Assembly (NCBI GenBank): GCA_003818605.1
Contig: RPQS01000020.1
Span: 1,433-65,432 of the forward strand
Length of the DNA: 64,000 nucleotides
DNA from: Candidatus Zhuqueibacterota bacterium
GTDB taxonomy: Bacteria; Electryoneota; RPQS01
Direction of reading: 5' to 3'
In this document: piece after piece, positions 37,971-46,647 of the stretch
How the letters are laid out: each line of letters begins with the position of its first letter
Numbering within the stretch: position 1 is the stretch's first letter
The notes under the pieces: generated by a model
The model's input: only the letters and a program-made list of their open reading frames with translations
What the model was told of the DNA's origin: nothing
Databases searched by the model: none
Position numbers and translations under genes: made by a program

Positions 37971-37999
37971 TTGATTTCATATTTTCACGGTCGTATATT
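37971..37999 (+). promoter_or_regulatory. Sigma70-type promoter
   Basis: TTGATT-17 bp-TATATT upstream of 38049. Confidence 0.45.
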
Positions 38000-38048
38000 C
38001 TTACCGGATTGATCTGAGTTCATTGGTATTTCAGATATCGGGACGACC

Positions 38049-38945
38049 ATGTTTAATGATCCGGAAAAACGCATACGTCTGTTGCGCGAACGGTTGCCTA
38101 AGCTGTACGATCTTCTCGATCCGTGCACGCTTTGTCCGCGGCAGTGCATGGTTGCGCGGCGCGAAGGCGAAGCCGGAGAGTGCGGAATAGCCGACAAGCT
38201 GATCGTTTCCACGATCGGCCTGCATCACGGAAATGAGTATCCGATTTCGGGCACGCGTGGTTCAGGCAATATTTTTGCGTCCGGCTGCAATCTGCATTGC
38301 GTTTATTGCCAGAACTGGGGAATCAGTCAGGGTCGCGAAGGGCGGACGATGTCCGCAAATGATTTGGCAACGGCTATGCTGCAACTCAGTGACATGGGAG
38401 CCCACAACATCAATTGCGTTTCTCCTTCGCATGTCGTTCCTCTGCTCATGGACGCTTACCTGAAGGCGATTGAACAAGGGCTGCGTTTGCCGTTTGTGTA
38501 CAACACGGGCGGCTACGATTCTTTAGAAACGCTGCAATTACTGGACGGCATCGTGGACATTTATCTGCCCGATATGAAGTACGCCGATGCGGACATCGGC
38601 CAAAAATATTCGGATGTCGTGGACTATCCGCGATACAATCAGGCGGCGGTAAAGGAAATGCACCGGCAGGTCGGGCCGCTGGTTCGTGATGAGCAGGGTG
38701 TGGCTATCAGCGGCGTGCTGGTTCGACATCTTGTGCTGCCCGAAGACACCGGCCAATGCGGCAAGATATTCGATTTTCTCGAATCCGAAATTCCCGGTCC
38801 GGTCTATGTCAACATCATGGCGCAGTATCGCCCGTGTTACAAAGCGGCGAGTGTCAAATCGCTCAGTCGACCCCTGCAATCCGAAGAATATCTGGCGGCG
38901 CGGGCGGAAGCCTTACAGAGGAAATCTCTCAAATTGATCGAGTAA
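38049..38945 (+). CDS. Radical SAM protein, PflX-like (pyruvate formate-lyase activase-related)
   Basis: CTLCPRQC; GSGNIF..GCNLHCVYCQN; YNTGGY; DIYLPDMKY; VRHLVLP. Confidence 0.9.
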   Translation: MFNDPEKRIRLLRERLPKLYDLLDPCTLCPRQCMVARREGEAGECGIADKLIVSTIGLHHGNEYPISGTRGSGNIFASGCNLHCVYCQNWGISQGREGRTMSANDLATAMLQLSDMGAHNINCVSPSHVVPLLMDAYLKAIEQGLRLPFVYNTGGYDSLETLQLLDGIVDIYLPDMKYADADIGQKYSDVVDYPRYNQAAVKEMHRQVGPLVRDEQGVAISGVLVRHLVLPEDTGQCGKIFDFLESEIPGPVYVNIMAQYRPCYKAASVKSLSRPLQSEEYLAARAEALQRKSLKLIE

Positions 38946-38966
38946 AACCATCGGAGCAGGTATACC

Positions 38967-39311
38967 ATGAAAGTAATTCGAGTAAACGAAGGCGAGACCT
39001 ATCAACCGGAACCGGGATGGAAGCGCGTCAGCCTTGCGGGCAGTCCGAAAATTTCGGCGGAGTATTTCGAAAAACCTGTCGGACACACGTCGCCTCTTCA
39101 CACGCATCCGAATGAACAAGTCTCGATCATTCTGAAAGGTCAGATGAAAGTCGTAAACGGCGCGGGTGAGGAGGCCGTCTTAGGTCCCGGTGACTCAGCA
39201 TGGTTTGCCGCTAATGAACCACACCGCATCGAAAATCCCGGAACCGAATTAGCCGTCGGTGTGGATCTGTTCGTACCGGCGCGCTCTTTCGATTTCTGGA
39301 AGCAGCGCTGA
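38967..39311 (+). CDS. Cupin domain protein
   Basis: HTHPNEQ and PH metal-binding cupin motifs. Confidence 0.85.
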   Translation: MKVIRVNEGETYQPEPGWKRVSLAGSPKISAEYFEKPVGHTSPLHTHPNEQVSIILKGQMKVVNGAGEEAVLGPGDSAWFAANEPHRIENPGTELAVGVDLFVPARSFDFWKQR

Positions 39312-39318
39312 AATTCTC

Positions 39319-39606
39319 ATGAACGACGAACCCGACCCTGTTGAGATTCCGATTGACGGCACGCTGGATCTGCACACATTTCATCCGCGAGATGTGAAGG
39401 ATCTGGTGCCGGACTATTTAAACGCGTGCCGCGCGAAAGGAATTTATTCCGTGCGGATTATTCACGGCAAAGGCACGGGCGCGCTGCGCGAGACCGTACA
39501 TGCGATTCTGAAGCGGCTGCCGGATGTGATTTCGTTTTCGCTGGCCGGAGACGCTTCCGGTTGGGGTGCAACTGTGGTCGAGTTGCGGCCTGAAGAATCG
39601 TTATGA
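39319..39606 (+). CDS. Stand-alone Smr/MutS2 domain protein
   Basis: LDLHTF, IIHGKGTG, GWGATVV; start reset to ATG 39319. Confidence 0.9.
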   Translation: MNDEPDPVEIPIDGTLDLHTFHPRDVKDLVPDYLNACRAKGIYSVRIIHGKGTGALRETVHAILKRLPDVISFSLAGDASGWGATVVELRPEESL

Positions 39607-39755
39607 CTGACCTTTTGCAGTCCTCATACGATTTGATGGATCCCTGCCACGAGGCAGACAGGTTTCCTCCCCTTAATCGCAGCCTGACCGCTTCCGAATT
39701 TACGGAGGCATTGACCTTAGCGCGCAATCGGAAGTCGCTCCGGATTGTGGAATGA
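39603..39755 (+). pseudogene. 3' remnant of a second PflX-like radical SAM gene (50 codons)
   Basis: Translates MTDLLQSSYDLMDPCHEADRFPPLNRSLTASEFTEALTLARNRKSLRIVE*, aligning with the C-terminus of 38049..38945 (IMAQYRPCYKA..LSRPLQSEEY..A....RKSLKLIE*). Confidence 0.65.
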
Positions 39756-39783
39756 ATTCGCATTGTTTAACGAATAGAGCCAT

Positions 39784-39816
39784 TGTCCGCCTTTGGCGAG
39801 ATCTCGCTTTGCGGAC
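39784..39816. repeat. REP-like palindromic 33-bp element, copy 1
   Basis: TGTCCGCCTTTGGCGAGATCTCGCTTTGCGGAC; 29/33 identical to the reverse complement of 41367..41399. Confidence 0.7.
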
Positions 39817-39857
39817 CGGTAAAAAAACCGACAACAGCGAGCAATTTGAGAATCACG

Positions 39858-41348
39858 ATGCACATCTCTAAGAGAATATTCATTACTCTGCTTCTGCTAT
39901 TTATAGTGTTCAACTTCCCTGTTTACTCCGATTGGAGTCCGGAAATTCTTATCTGGCAAAACGCTCCCGGTATTAGCGGAGGTTCGGCAGAAGTGGCTGT
40001 TGCAGCGGATTCATCAGAGACACTGCATCTCGTTTATCAGTCCACGTTTCTACATTCTGGATCGGGGTTTACCAGGCAGGGTTTGAACTATGTTCAATTT
40101 GATGATCATGGTCATCAGATTACAGACGCAGTTATGCTGAACGACAGCAGCGATGTAAGTGCAAGGCGTCCACAACTCATTCTTTATGGAACAGATTCTC
40201 TCATGGCAATGTGGCAATGGGAGGAACTTGATTCGGGTTATGCGTACGGCTTTCGGTCGCGAGTTATCATCAACGGCAGTGTGCTTGGCTCGTTACGTTA
40301 CTGGGGAACCCTTGGGACTTTCTCCGATTTAGGTTATCTGCTGGATATTACAAACACGCGAAGCATCGTTTTTGTCTACCCGGATCCGGATAATTGGGGG
40401 CAGATTCGAGCTATAGTGGAGAATGCCGGAGGATACCGGCTCATGGATGGTTCGATTATCTGGCGCCGTGAAAACGATATATCTGATGAAATCTCCGGTT
40501 TTGTCGGTTATAGTGATTCGCTTCAACTTGTGTGGCGTCAACGTTCGAGTGGAGATCCAATCTACACCAAACGAATAAGCGTTTCTACCCCGATAGACAG
40601 TCAAAGCGTGGGTGATTACCACAGTCTTACTCCCGAGAATCCCGGGGAATACTATGCAGTGCCGAAAATCATGCCTGCCGGTGATTCCCTGCTCGTTTTT
40701 CTTGCTACGTATCCCGAAAACATGTGTACGGATCATTTGCATGTGATCCACAGATATTCGTATCAACGGATAGCGGAACTCAGTTTAGGGAGCTGCGGCT
40801 CGTTTGCGGCCGTCGAGGGTGACTCGATTGTCAGCGTCGTCTGTTCGGTGCGGAATACATGGGCACTGCATTTTCGGAAGTATCGCTTGCCGTCACTTCA
40901 GCTGATTACTGATACGGTTTTAGTCAGAAGAACCGAGAGAAATCTTCTTGCCTTGGGGTATACGGTTTCTCCTGCCGGCGTTAGGCATCTTTTCTACTAT
41001 GTAGGAATCGGCAGTTCAGACGTGCATCTCATCTATCGTTATTGGCGTGAAGATTTATCTGCGGGAGTTGAAGCATCGGTACCCAGAAATATTTGTTTAT
41101 TGACCGCGTATCCGAATCCTTTCAACGGCACGACGCAAATTGAGTTCACGTTACCCGTGACACAGCGTGTGTCGCTTCGTCTCTACGATGTCTTAGGCCG
41201 CGAGGCGGCTGTACTATTGGATGAGATGCGCACGGCGGGAGAACATCGCGTCAGTTTCGACGGCAGCGCGTTGGCGTCCGGAGTCTATTTCTGCCGTATG
41301 GAAGCCGGAAAGGAAACGCGGACGCAGAAGATTGTGCTGATGAAGTGA
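39858..41348 (+). CDS. Secreted hypothetical protein with T9SS type-A CTD (AT-richer passenger domain)
   Basis: Signal peptide MHISKRIFITLLLLF; CTD AYPNPFN...SGVYFCRM...KIVLMK. Confidence 0.8.
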   Translation: MHISKRIFITLLLLFIVFNFPVYSDWSPEILIWQNAPGISGGSAEVAVAADSSETLHLVYQSTFLHSGSGFTRQGLNYVQFDDHGHQITDAVMLNDSSDVSARRPQLILYGTDSLMAMWQWEELDSGYAYGFRSRVIINGSVLGSLRYWGTLGTFSDLGYLLDITNTRSIVFVYPDPDNWGQIRAIVENAGGYRLMDGSIIWRRENDISDEISGFVGYSDSLQLVWRQRSSGDPIYTKRISVSTPIDSQSVGDYHSLTPENPGEYYAVPKIMPAGDSLLVFLATYPENMCTDHLHVIHRYSYQRIAELSLGSCGSFAAVEGDSIVSVVCSVRNTWALHFRKYRLPSLQLITDTVLVRRTERNLLALGYTVSPAGVRHLFYYVGIGSSDVHLIYRYWREDLSAGVEASVPRNICLLTAYPNPFNGTTQIEFTLPVTQRVSLRLYDVLGREAAVLLDEMRTAGEHRVSFDGSALASGVYFCRMEAGKETRTQKIVLMK

Positions 41349-41366
41349 CCCCCCTTTCATCCCCCC

Positions 41367-41399
41367 GTCTGCAGAGCGAGATCTCGCCTACGGCGGACA
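41367..41399. repeat. REP-like palindromic 33-bp element, copy 2 (inverted), nested in a CCCCCCG...CGGGGGG hairpin
   Basis: GTCTGCAGAGCGAGATCTCGCCTACGGCGGACA. Confidence 0.7.
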
Positions 41400-41867
41400 T
41401 GCGGGGGGAAATAATGCTTGGTTGGGGCGGCTTTCTATGGCCGCCCTCGATAATCCGATATCCGCCGAGGCGGGCGCCTCACCCGCCCGAAAGACGAGAC
41501 ATTAGAAGTGATCCACATTCGTTAGGCTGTTTGCATTCCGGCCGCACGAGGCGTGCGACTCAGCGGAATATGGGTATACGCAGATATGTCCCGCCGCGCA
41601 AAAGACTTTAAGTGATTCTTCAGGCCGAATCGGCTTTCGTGATGACAGATTATACCGTGAAAGATAACGAGTTGACTATGTCAACTCACTGTTATTTTAG
41701 AACTAATATTTTCCATTTTTCTGGCTTCCCAAGAAAGAATCAAACCTGTTCATGCGGTCTTGCTTTCTGTCGAAGGCTGTAGTAAATTGCTGATGGTGCA
41801 AAATGCCCCACTTGGGTAGGACTGCATCTCCTCTGTTCCCAGTCGGCGCACGAAGAGAGGGCTCTGC

Positions 41868-43610
41868 ATGCACGGCGGCTTCGACAGCTCGGCCTGGGAA
41901 GCACTGCCGATTCCGGAACCGGAACGGGCAGCCAGCTTCCTCCAACTGACCCGCAGCATCTTAGGCTGTGCGGGCCGGGGTGTGCCGCGCGCGGCCTTTT
42001 TGCGCGAAGTCTCCGCCATGCTGCTGGACTTCTCCGGCTGCGACTATCTGGATATCCGCCACCGCGACGGTGACACCATCTACCGTTGGTCCGCCTCCCG
42101 CCGTTCTTATATCCTGCCGCGTTTCGAGTTGTTTTCCCCTTCCGAAGACATTGTTACCACACTCGGTTTGCCGCATGGTACCGCGCTCGGCAACGTCGCG
42201 CGCATGGTGCTGACGCGTACGTATCCGGGCGGTTTGGATTGCTTCACATCCGGCGGCAGCTTCTGGCTGAACGATACGTCAGAGACGCCGCAGTTTCTCG
42301 GCCTGCATCCCGGTCTTACTCAGTGCATTGATTTGGAAGGTGCGGAGCCTTGCCGTTCGCTGCTGTTGATTCCGTTTGCGATCAGCGGCGGGAACGCCGG
42401 ATTCGTTTTATTGGCCAGCGAGCGAACCGAGCATTTTGATGCCGCCGATATTCTGCTTTTTGAGACCATCGCGCAGACATTCGGATTCGCAGCCGCGGAT
42501 CGTCGCGCGCAGGAGGCCTTGCGCGAACGAGTGAAAGAGCTGACATGCCTGTATGGAATGATGCAGATCGCGGATTCAGCGGAATGGACGCGCGAGGAAA
42601 AACTGGAGCGCATCGTTCATCTGCTCCCCTTGGCCTGGCAGCATCCGGAGATCGCCGCGGCGAAAATCGAACTCGACGGGACGGCGTTTCAAACTCCGAA
42701 CTGGCGGGAAGAGGGCAAATCGCAGAGAGCGGACGTCATGGTGGACGGCCGAAAACGAGGATGTGTCGAAGTGGTTTATATTACGGGTGAACTCGAATTC
42801 GCGGGGAATCCATTTCTGGACGAGGAAGCCTGCCTGATTGTCGAAGTGGCACGGCAAATTGCCGGAATTATTGAGCGCGAAGAAACGGAAGCCCTTCGCC
42901 GGCGAGAACAGCTCTGGCATGCCGACCGTTTAGCGACCATCGGCAAACTGTCTTCGAGCATTGCGCATGAGCTTAATGAGCCGCTGAGCAGCATTCTGGG
43001 ATTTGCTCAATTGGCGAAAAAGAGCGTTTTGGATCCCGCTCGTGTAACAAGCGACCTCGATAAAATCGTGAGTATCTCTCTCCACGCGCGCGAAATCGTT
43101 CGGAAACTACTTATCTTCGCCCGGCAAATGCCCGCGAAGAAAAGCCTCGTGCAAATTAATCACGTCGTGCAGGATGCTTTAAGTCTGGTAGAAACGCGTT
43201 GCGGCAACGAAGGAATAGAATTAGCGCTGCAACTAAAGCCGGACTTGCCGGAAATCGAAGCGGATCCTTCCCAGCTCAATCAGGTGATTGTCAACTTGGT
43301 GGTAAATGCCATGCAAGCCATGCCGCGCGGCGGGCAATTGACTATCCAAACTGCGCGCGAAACGGACGCACTGCTGCTGATCGTGGAGGATACCGGCATT
43401 GGCATGGATCCGGACGTAAGCCGCCAGATTTTTCATCCGTTTTTCACGACGAAAGATGTTTTGCAGGGAACGGGACTGGGACTCTCGGTTGTGCATGGCA
43501 TTGTCACGTCGCACGGCGGCACAATTCAGGTCCAGAGCAGTCCCGGGGCGGGATCGCGTTTTGAAGTGCGACTTCCTTTATCCGGCGGGAATAGTGAGAA
43601 GAAGGGATAG
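41868..43610 (+). CDS. Cytoplasmic sensor histidine kinase with GAF domains (NtrB-like core)
   Basis: AHELNEPL H-box, NLVVNA, DTGIG, FFTTK, GTGLGL; no TM segments. Confidence 0.92.
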   Translation: MHGGFDSSAWEALPIPEPERAASFLQLTRSILGCAGRGVPRAAFLREVSAMLLDFSGCDYLDIRHRDGDTIYRWSASRRSYILPRFELFSPSEDIVTTLGLPHGTALGNVARMVLTRTYPGGLDCFTSGGSFWLNDTSETPQFLGLHPGLTQCIDLEGAEPCRSLLLIPFAISGGNAGFVLLASERTEHFDAADILLFETIAQTFGFAAADRRAQEALRERVKELTCLYGMMQIADSAEWTREEKLERIVHLLPLAWQHPEIAAAKIELDGTAFQTPNWREEGKSQRADVMVDGRKRGCVEVVYITGELEFAGNPFLDEEACLIVEVARQIAGIIEREETEALRRREQLWHADRLATIGKLSSSIAHELNEPLSSILGFAQLAKKSVLDPARVTSDLDKIVSISLHAREIVRKLLIFARQMPAKKSLVQINHVVQDALSLVETRCGNEGIELALQLKPDLPEIEADPSQLNQVIVNLVVNAMQAMPRGGQLTIQTARETDALLLIVEDTGIGMDPDVSRQIFHPFFTTKDVLQGTGLGLSVVHGIVTSHGGTIQVQSSPGAGSRFEVRLPLSGGNSEKKG

Positions 43611-43613
43611 ATT

Positions 43614-44957
43614 ATGGCCATCGTTGTCCGTGAAACGATCTTGGTAGTGGATGACACTCCGGACACTCTGGAAGTACTGGAACGCAATCTGAGCGGGCAG
43701 GGATACCGTGTTTACACGGCATCGAGCGCAAACGAAGCTCTGCGCACTCTGGACGCCGCCCCGGTGGATCTGGTGATTACCGACTATAAGATGCCGGGAG
43801 TGAGCGGATTGGATCTCATCCGTCATGTGCGCGAAAACTTCCGCGACACGGAAGTGGTCATGATTACCGGCTTTGCCTCCATTGAAGGAGCGGTGGAAGC
43901 GATCAAGGGCGGAGCTGAAGAATATTTGTCCAAACCGTTCACCGATGATGAATTGGCCGGGGCGGTGCAGCGCGCATTGAGCAAATTGAATCAACGGCGG
44001 GCCGGGCAGCAAGCCGCCGAGGCGGCCGAAACGCCGTACGGTCTGATGGGAGCATCCGAATCCATGCGCAAGGTGGCGGTGACACTGATGAAAGCCGCTG
44101 CAACGAAGAGCACGGTGTTGATCACGGGGGAGAGCGGCACGGGGAAAGAATTAGTGGCACGTGCTATTCATTATTACAGTCCGCGCGCTTCCGGGCCGTT
44201 CATACCGATCAATTGCGGCGGGATTCCCGAGGGACTCTTGGAGAGCGAACTGTTCGGGCATGTCAAGGGAGCCTTTACAGGCGCAACCGAGTCGCGCGCT
44301 GGGTTTTTTCAAACGGCGGAAGGCGGCACGATTTTTCTCGACGAGATCAGTGAGCTCAGCCTGCCTTTGCAGGTGAAGCTGCTGCGCGTGCTGCAGGATA
44401 AGGAAGTTTGTATGGTGGGCGCGACCCGACCGAATAAAGTGGACGTGAAAATTATTGCCGCAACCAATAAAGATCTTCAGGGAATGGTGAAGAGCGGCGG
44501 TTTCCGCGAAGACCTGTTTTTCCGTCTCAACATTATTACGATTTCGCTGCCGCCGCTGCGCGAACGCGGCGATGACATTCTGCTGCTCACACATCACTTT
44601 GCGGCGAAGCTTGCGCAAGAATTCGGCAAGCCTGTGCCGCAGTTTTCGGAGCGCGCTTTACAGGCTTTGCAAAACTATGACTGGCCGGGTAACGTCAGGG
44701 AACTCGAAAATATTATTCATCGCATTGTCGTAATGACGGATGCGCCGCTCATAGACATCACCGATCTGCCTTCACTGATGCGTTATTCGGCAACACGCGA
44801 GTACGGATTAGACCGCACGCTGGCCGACGTGGAAGCTGATCACATTCAACGGGTACTGGCCAGCGTCAGCGGCAATAAAACCACAGCCGCGCGTGTACTG
44901 GGAATTGACCGGAAAACCCTACGGGAAAAGTTAAAGCACTACCGGATCAACAACTGA
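43614..44957 (+). CDS. Sigma54-dependent response regulator (NtrC family)
   Basis: Receiver VVDD..DYKMP; GESGTGKE; ESELFGH.KGAFTGA; WPGNVREL; Fis HTH. Confidence 0.95.
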   Translation: MAIVVRETILVVDDTPDTLEVLERNLSGQGYRVYTASSANEALRTLDAAPVDLVITDYKMPGVSGLDLIRHVRENFRDTEVVMITGFASIEGAVEAIKGGAEEYLSKPFTDDELAGAVQRALSKLNQRRAGQQAAEAAETPYGLMGASESMRKVAVTLMKAAATKSTVLITGESGTGKELVARAIHYYSPRASGPFIPINCGGIPEGLLESELFGHVKGAFTGATESRAGFFQTAEGGTIFLDEISELSLPLQVKLLRVLQDKEVCMVGATRPNKVDVKIIAATNKDLQGMVKSGGFREDLFFRLNIITISLPPLRERGDDILLLTHHFAAKLAQEFGKPVPQFSERALQALQNYDWPGNVRELENIIHRIVVMTDAPLIDITDLPSLMRYSATREYGLDRTLADVEADHIQRVLASVSGNKTTAARVLGIDRKTLREKLKHYRINN

Positions 44958-45015
44958 GGAATTTCTCCTCAGCACATGCCGCCAACTGCAAATCGGTGGG
45001 GCGTCTTGCCCCGCC
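44954..45015. promoter_or_regulatory. Paired palindromic enhancer sites (UAS) for the NtrC-family activator
   Basis: TGAGG-N7-CCTCA (44955) and TGGGG-N7-CCCCG (44997), 42 bp apart, about 170-230 bp upstream of the sigma54 promoter. Confidence 0.55.
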
Positions 45016-45181
45016 GATTCTTTTTTCCCCGCAATGTAAATCGTTATCGAGTCGCAAAAACCCGTTATATGCGAGCCCGGTCTCTGTTCCGTAAATATTT
45101 TAGGCTGTTTATTTTCAAGATACAAAGTGGAAAATATCGAATTTGCGTAGAATTCTCCTGAAAGTGTCTTATTGTGAAACT

Positions 45182-45197
45182 TGGCACACGGAATGCT
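45182..45197 (+). promoter_or_regulatory. Sigma54 -24/-12 promoter
   Basis: TGGCAC-ACGGA-ATGCT, GG-N10-GC spacing, immediately downstream of a bEBP gene. Confidence 0.8.
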
Positions 45198-45356
45198 TTG
45201 TTACTTGATGCTGTCATATCCCAGATTATAATAAATGGCTCGGCAAGTTGAAGCTGACAGCCCGCAGAACTGAATAAAAACCGAGCGCGCATTGGCCGGG
45301 ATTATTGACCGCATAGTTCGTATCACGTCAGTCGCTGGAGCAGGGAGGTGTCATTC

Positions 45357-45647
45357 ATGTTCATGGCATCCGACGAAAAGTCAGGTCCGGTTCAGGGGTT
45401 GTGCTCCACCTGTATTCACGGGCCGGATTGTCAAAACTGCAATGAAGAGGCGATTTTTTATTGCGAGAACTATGAAGACAGTCTTACTCACGAACATGAA
45501 CTCCAACCATCAGCCGTTCCCGTCGGAGTCGCGGCCGCCGAGGGTGAAGACCGCTTGATGGGATTATGCGTCAATTGCGAACGTCGCGGATACTGCACGA
45601 ACGCCCGTAAATTGGGCGGCGTGTGGGTGTGCGAAGAGTATTTGTGA
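45357..45647 (+). CDS. Small Cys-rich duplicated-motif protein (putative metal/FeS-binding)
   Basis: GLCSTC.....C...FYCE and GLCVNC.....C...WVCE; GGAGG SD before ATG 45357. Confidence 0.7.
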   Translation: MFMASDEKSGPVQGLCSTCIHGPDCQNCNEEAIFYCENYEDSLTHEHELQPSAVPVGVAAAEGEDRLMGLCVNCERRGYCTNARKLGGVWVCEEYL

Positions 45648-45736
45648 TTTGTTTCTTGACACCGGCGCTGATGATTCATCCCACACGTTATTTCTGGAAA
45701 TGACCGATACACTTCCTTCAGGATGGTGGTGAACAA

Positions 45737-46585
45737 ATGAAATCGGAAGACATTTCGGGCATTGTAGAACGACACCGCAATGACCAAGGGAGCCTGATCG
45801 CGATCCTGCAGGACATTCAGGCCCGCTATAGTTATCTGCCGGCGGATGCTCTGCAACTGGTATCGCAACAGACCGGACGCTCGCTGGTGGACATTTACGG
45901 AGTGGCCACGTTCTACCGTGCGTTCAGTCTCAAGCCTCGCGGCAAGCATCTCATCTCCGTGTGTCTCGGGACAGCGTGTCATGTGCGCGGCGGACCGGCC
46001 ATTGCCGCCAAATTTTGCTCCGTGCTGGGCATTAAAGCCGGTGACACCACAGCCGATCGCGAGTTCACTCTGGAGACATTGAACTGTCTGGGAGCCTGCG
46101 CGTTAGGCCCAATTGTGGTGGTGGACGGCCATTATTATTCGAATGTCAGCCCCGTGAAGGTGAAGGAGATTTTAGAGGAAACCCGCGCCGGTCTGAAAAA
46201 AACGGGTGTGCGAGACGATAAGCGCATCTTTCCGGTGGAATTGAGCTGCCCACGGTGCAATCATAGTCTGATGGATACCGCGCATAAAATTGACGGCTAT
46301 CCGGCCGTGCGCGTAACAGCCGCATTCAACGGTTCTCACGGGTGGATCCGGCTGTCGAGTCTGTACGGCAGTCCGGTTGTGGAATCGGAGCACGAAATTC
46401 CCCCCGACGTCGTGGTGAACTTTTTCTGTCCGCACTGCCACACCGAATTGACCGGAGCCGGACCTTGTCCAGTGTGCGAAGCGCCGATGGTGCCGCTCAT
46501 GATTAGCGACGGCGGCATTGTGCAAATCTGCTCGCGCCGCGGTTGCCGTTTTCATATGCTTGATCTGGAAACAGATATCGTCTGA
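45737..46585 (+). CDS. NuoE/HydC-like [2Fe-2S] subunit with Cys-rich C-terminal extension
   Basis: GVATFY, VCLGTACHVRG, NCLGACALGP; extension CPRC, CPHC, CPVC, CSRRGC. Confidence 0.88.
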   Translation: MKSEDISGIVERHRNDQGSLIAILQDIQARYSYLPADALQLVSQQTGRSLVDIYGVATFYRAFSLKPRGKHLISVCLGTACHVRGGPAIAAKFCSVLGIKAGDTTADREFTLETLNCLGACALGPIVVVDGHYYSNVSPVKVKEILEETRAGLKKTGVRDDKRIFPVELSCPRCNHSLMDTAHKIDGYPAVRVTAAFNGSHGWIRLSSLYGSPVVESEHEIPPDVVVNFFCPHCHTELTGAGPCPVCEAPMVPLMISDGGIVQICSRRGCRFHMLDLETDIV

Positions 46586-46647
46586 GAAACAATTCCCCAG
46601 TGTGTTCTCGAAGAACACTGCGGAGTAAATAGAGACGGGACTACTTT

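Noticed and set aside
39784-41399. IS element, integron cassette or CRISPR interpretation of the 33-bp repeats
   Set aside because: Only two inverted copies; no transposase, integrase, attC ends, spacers or cas genes
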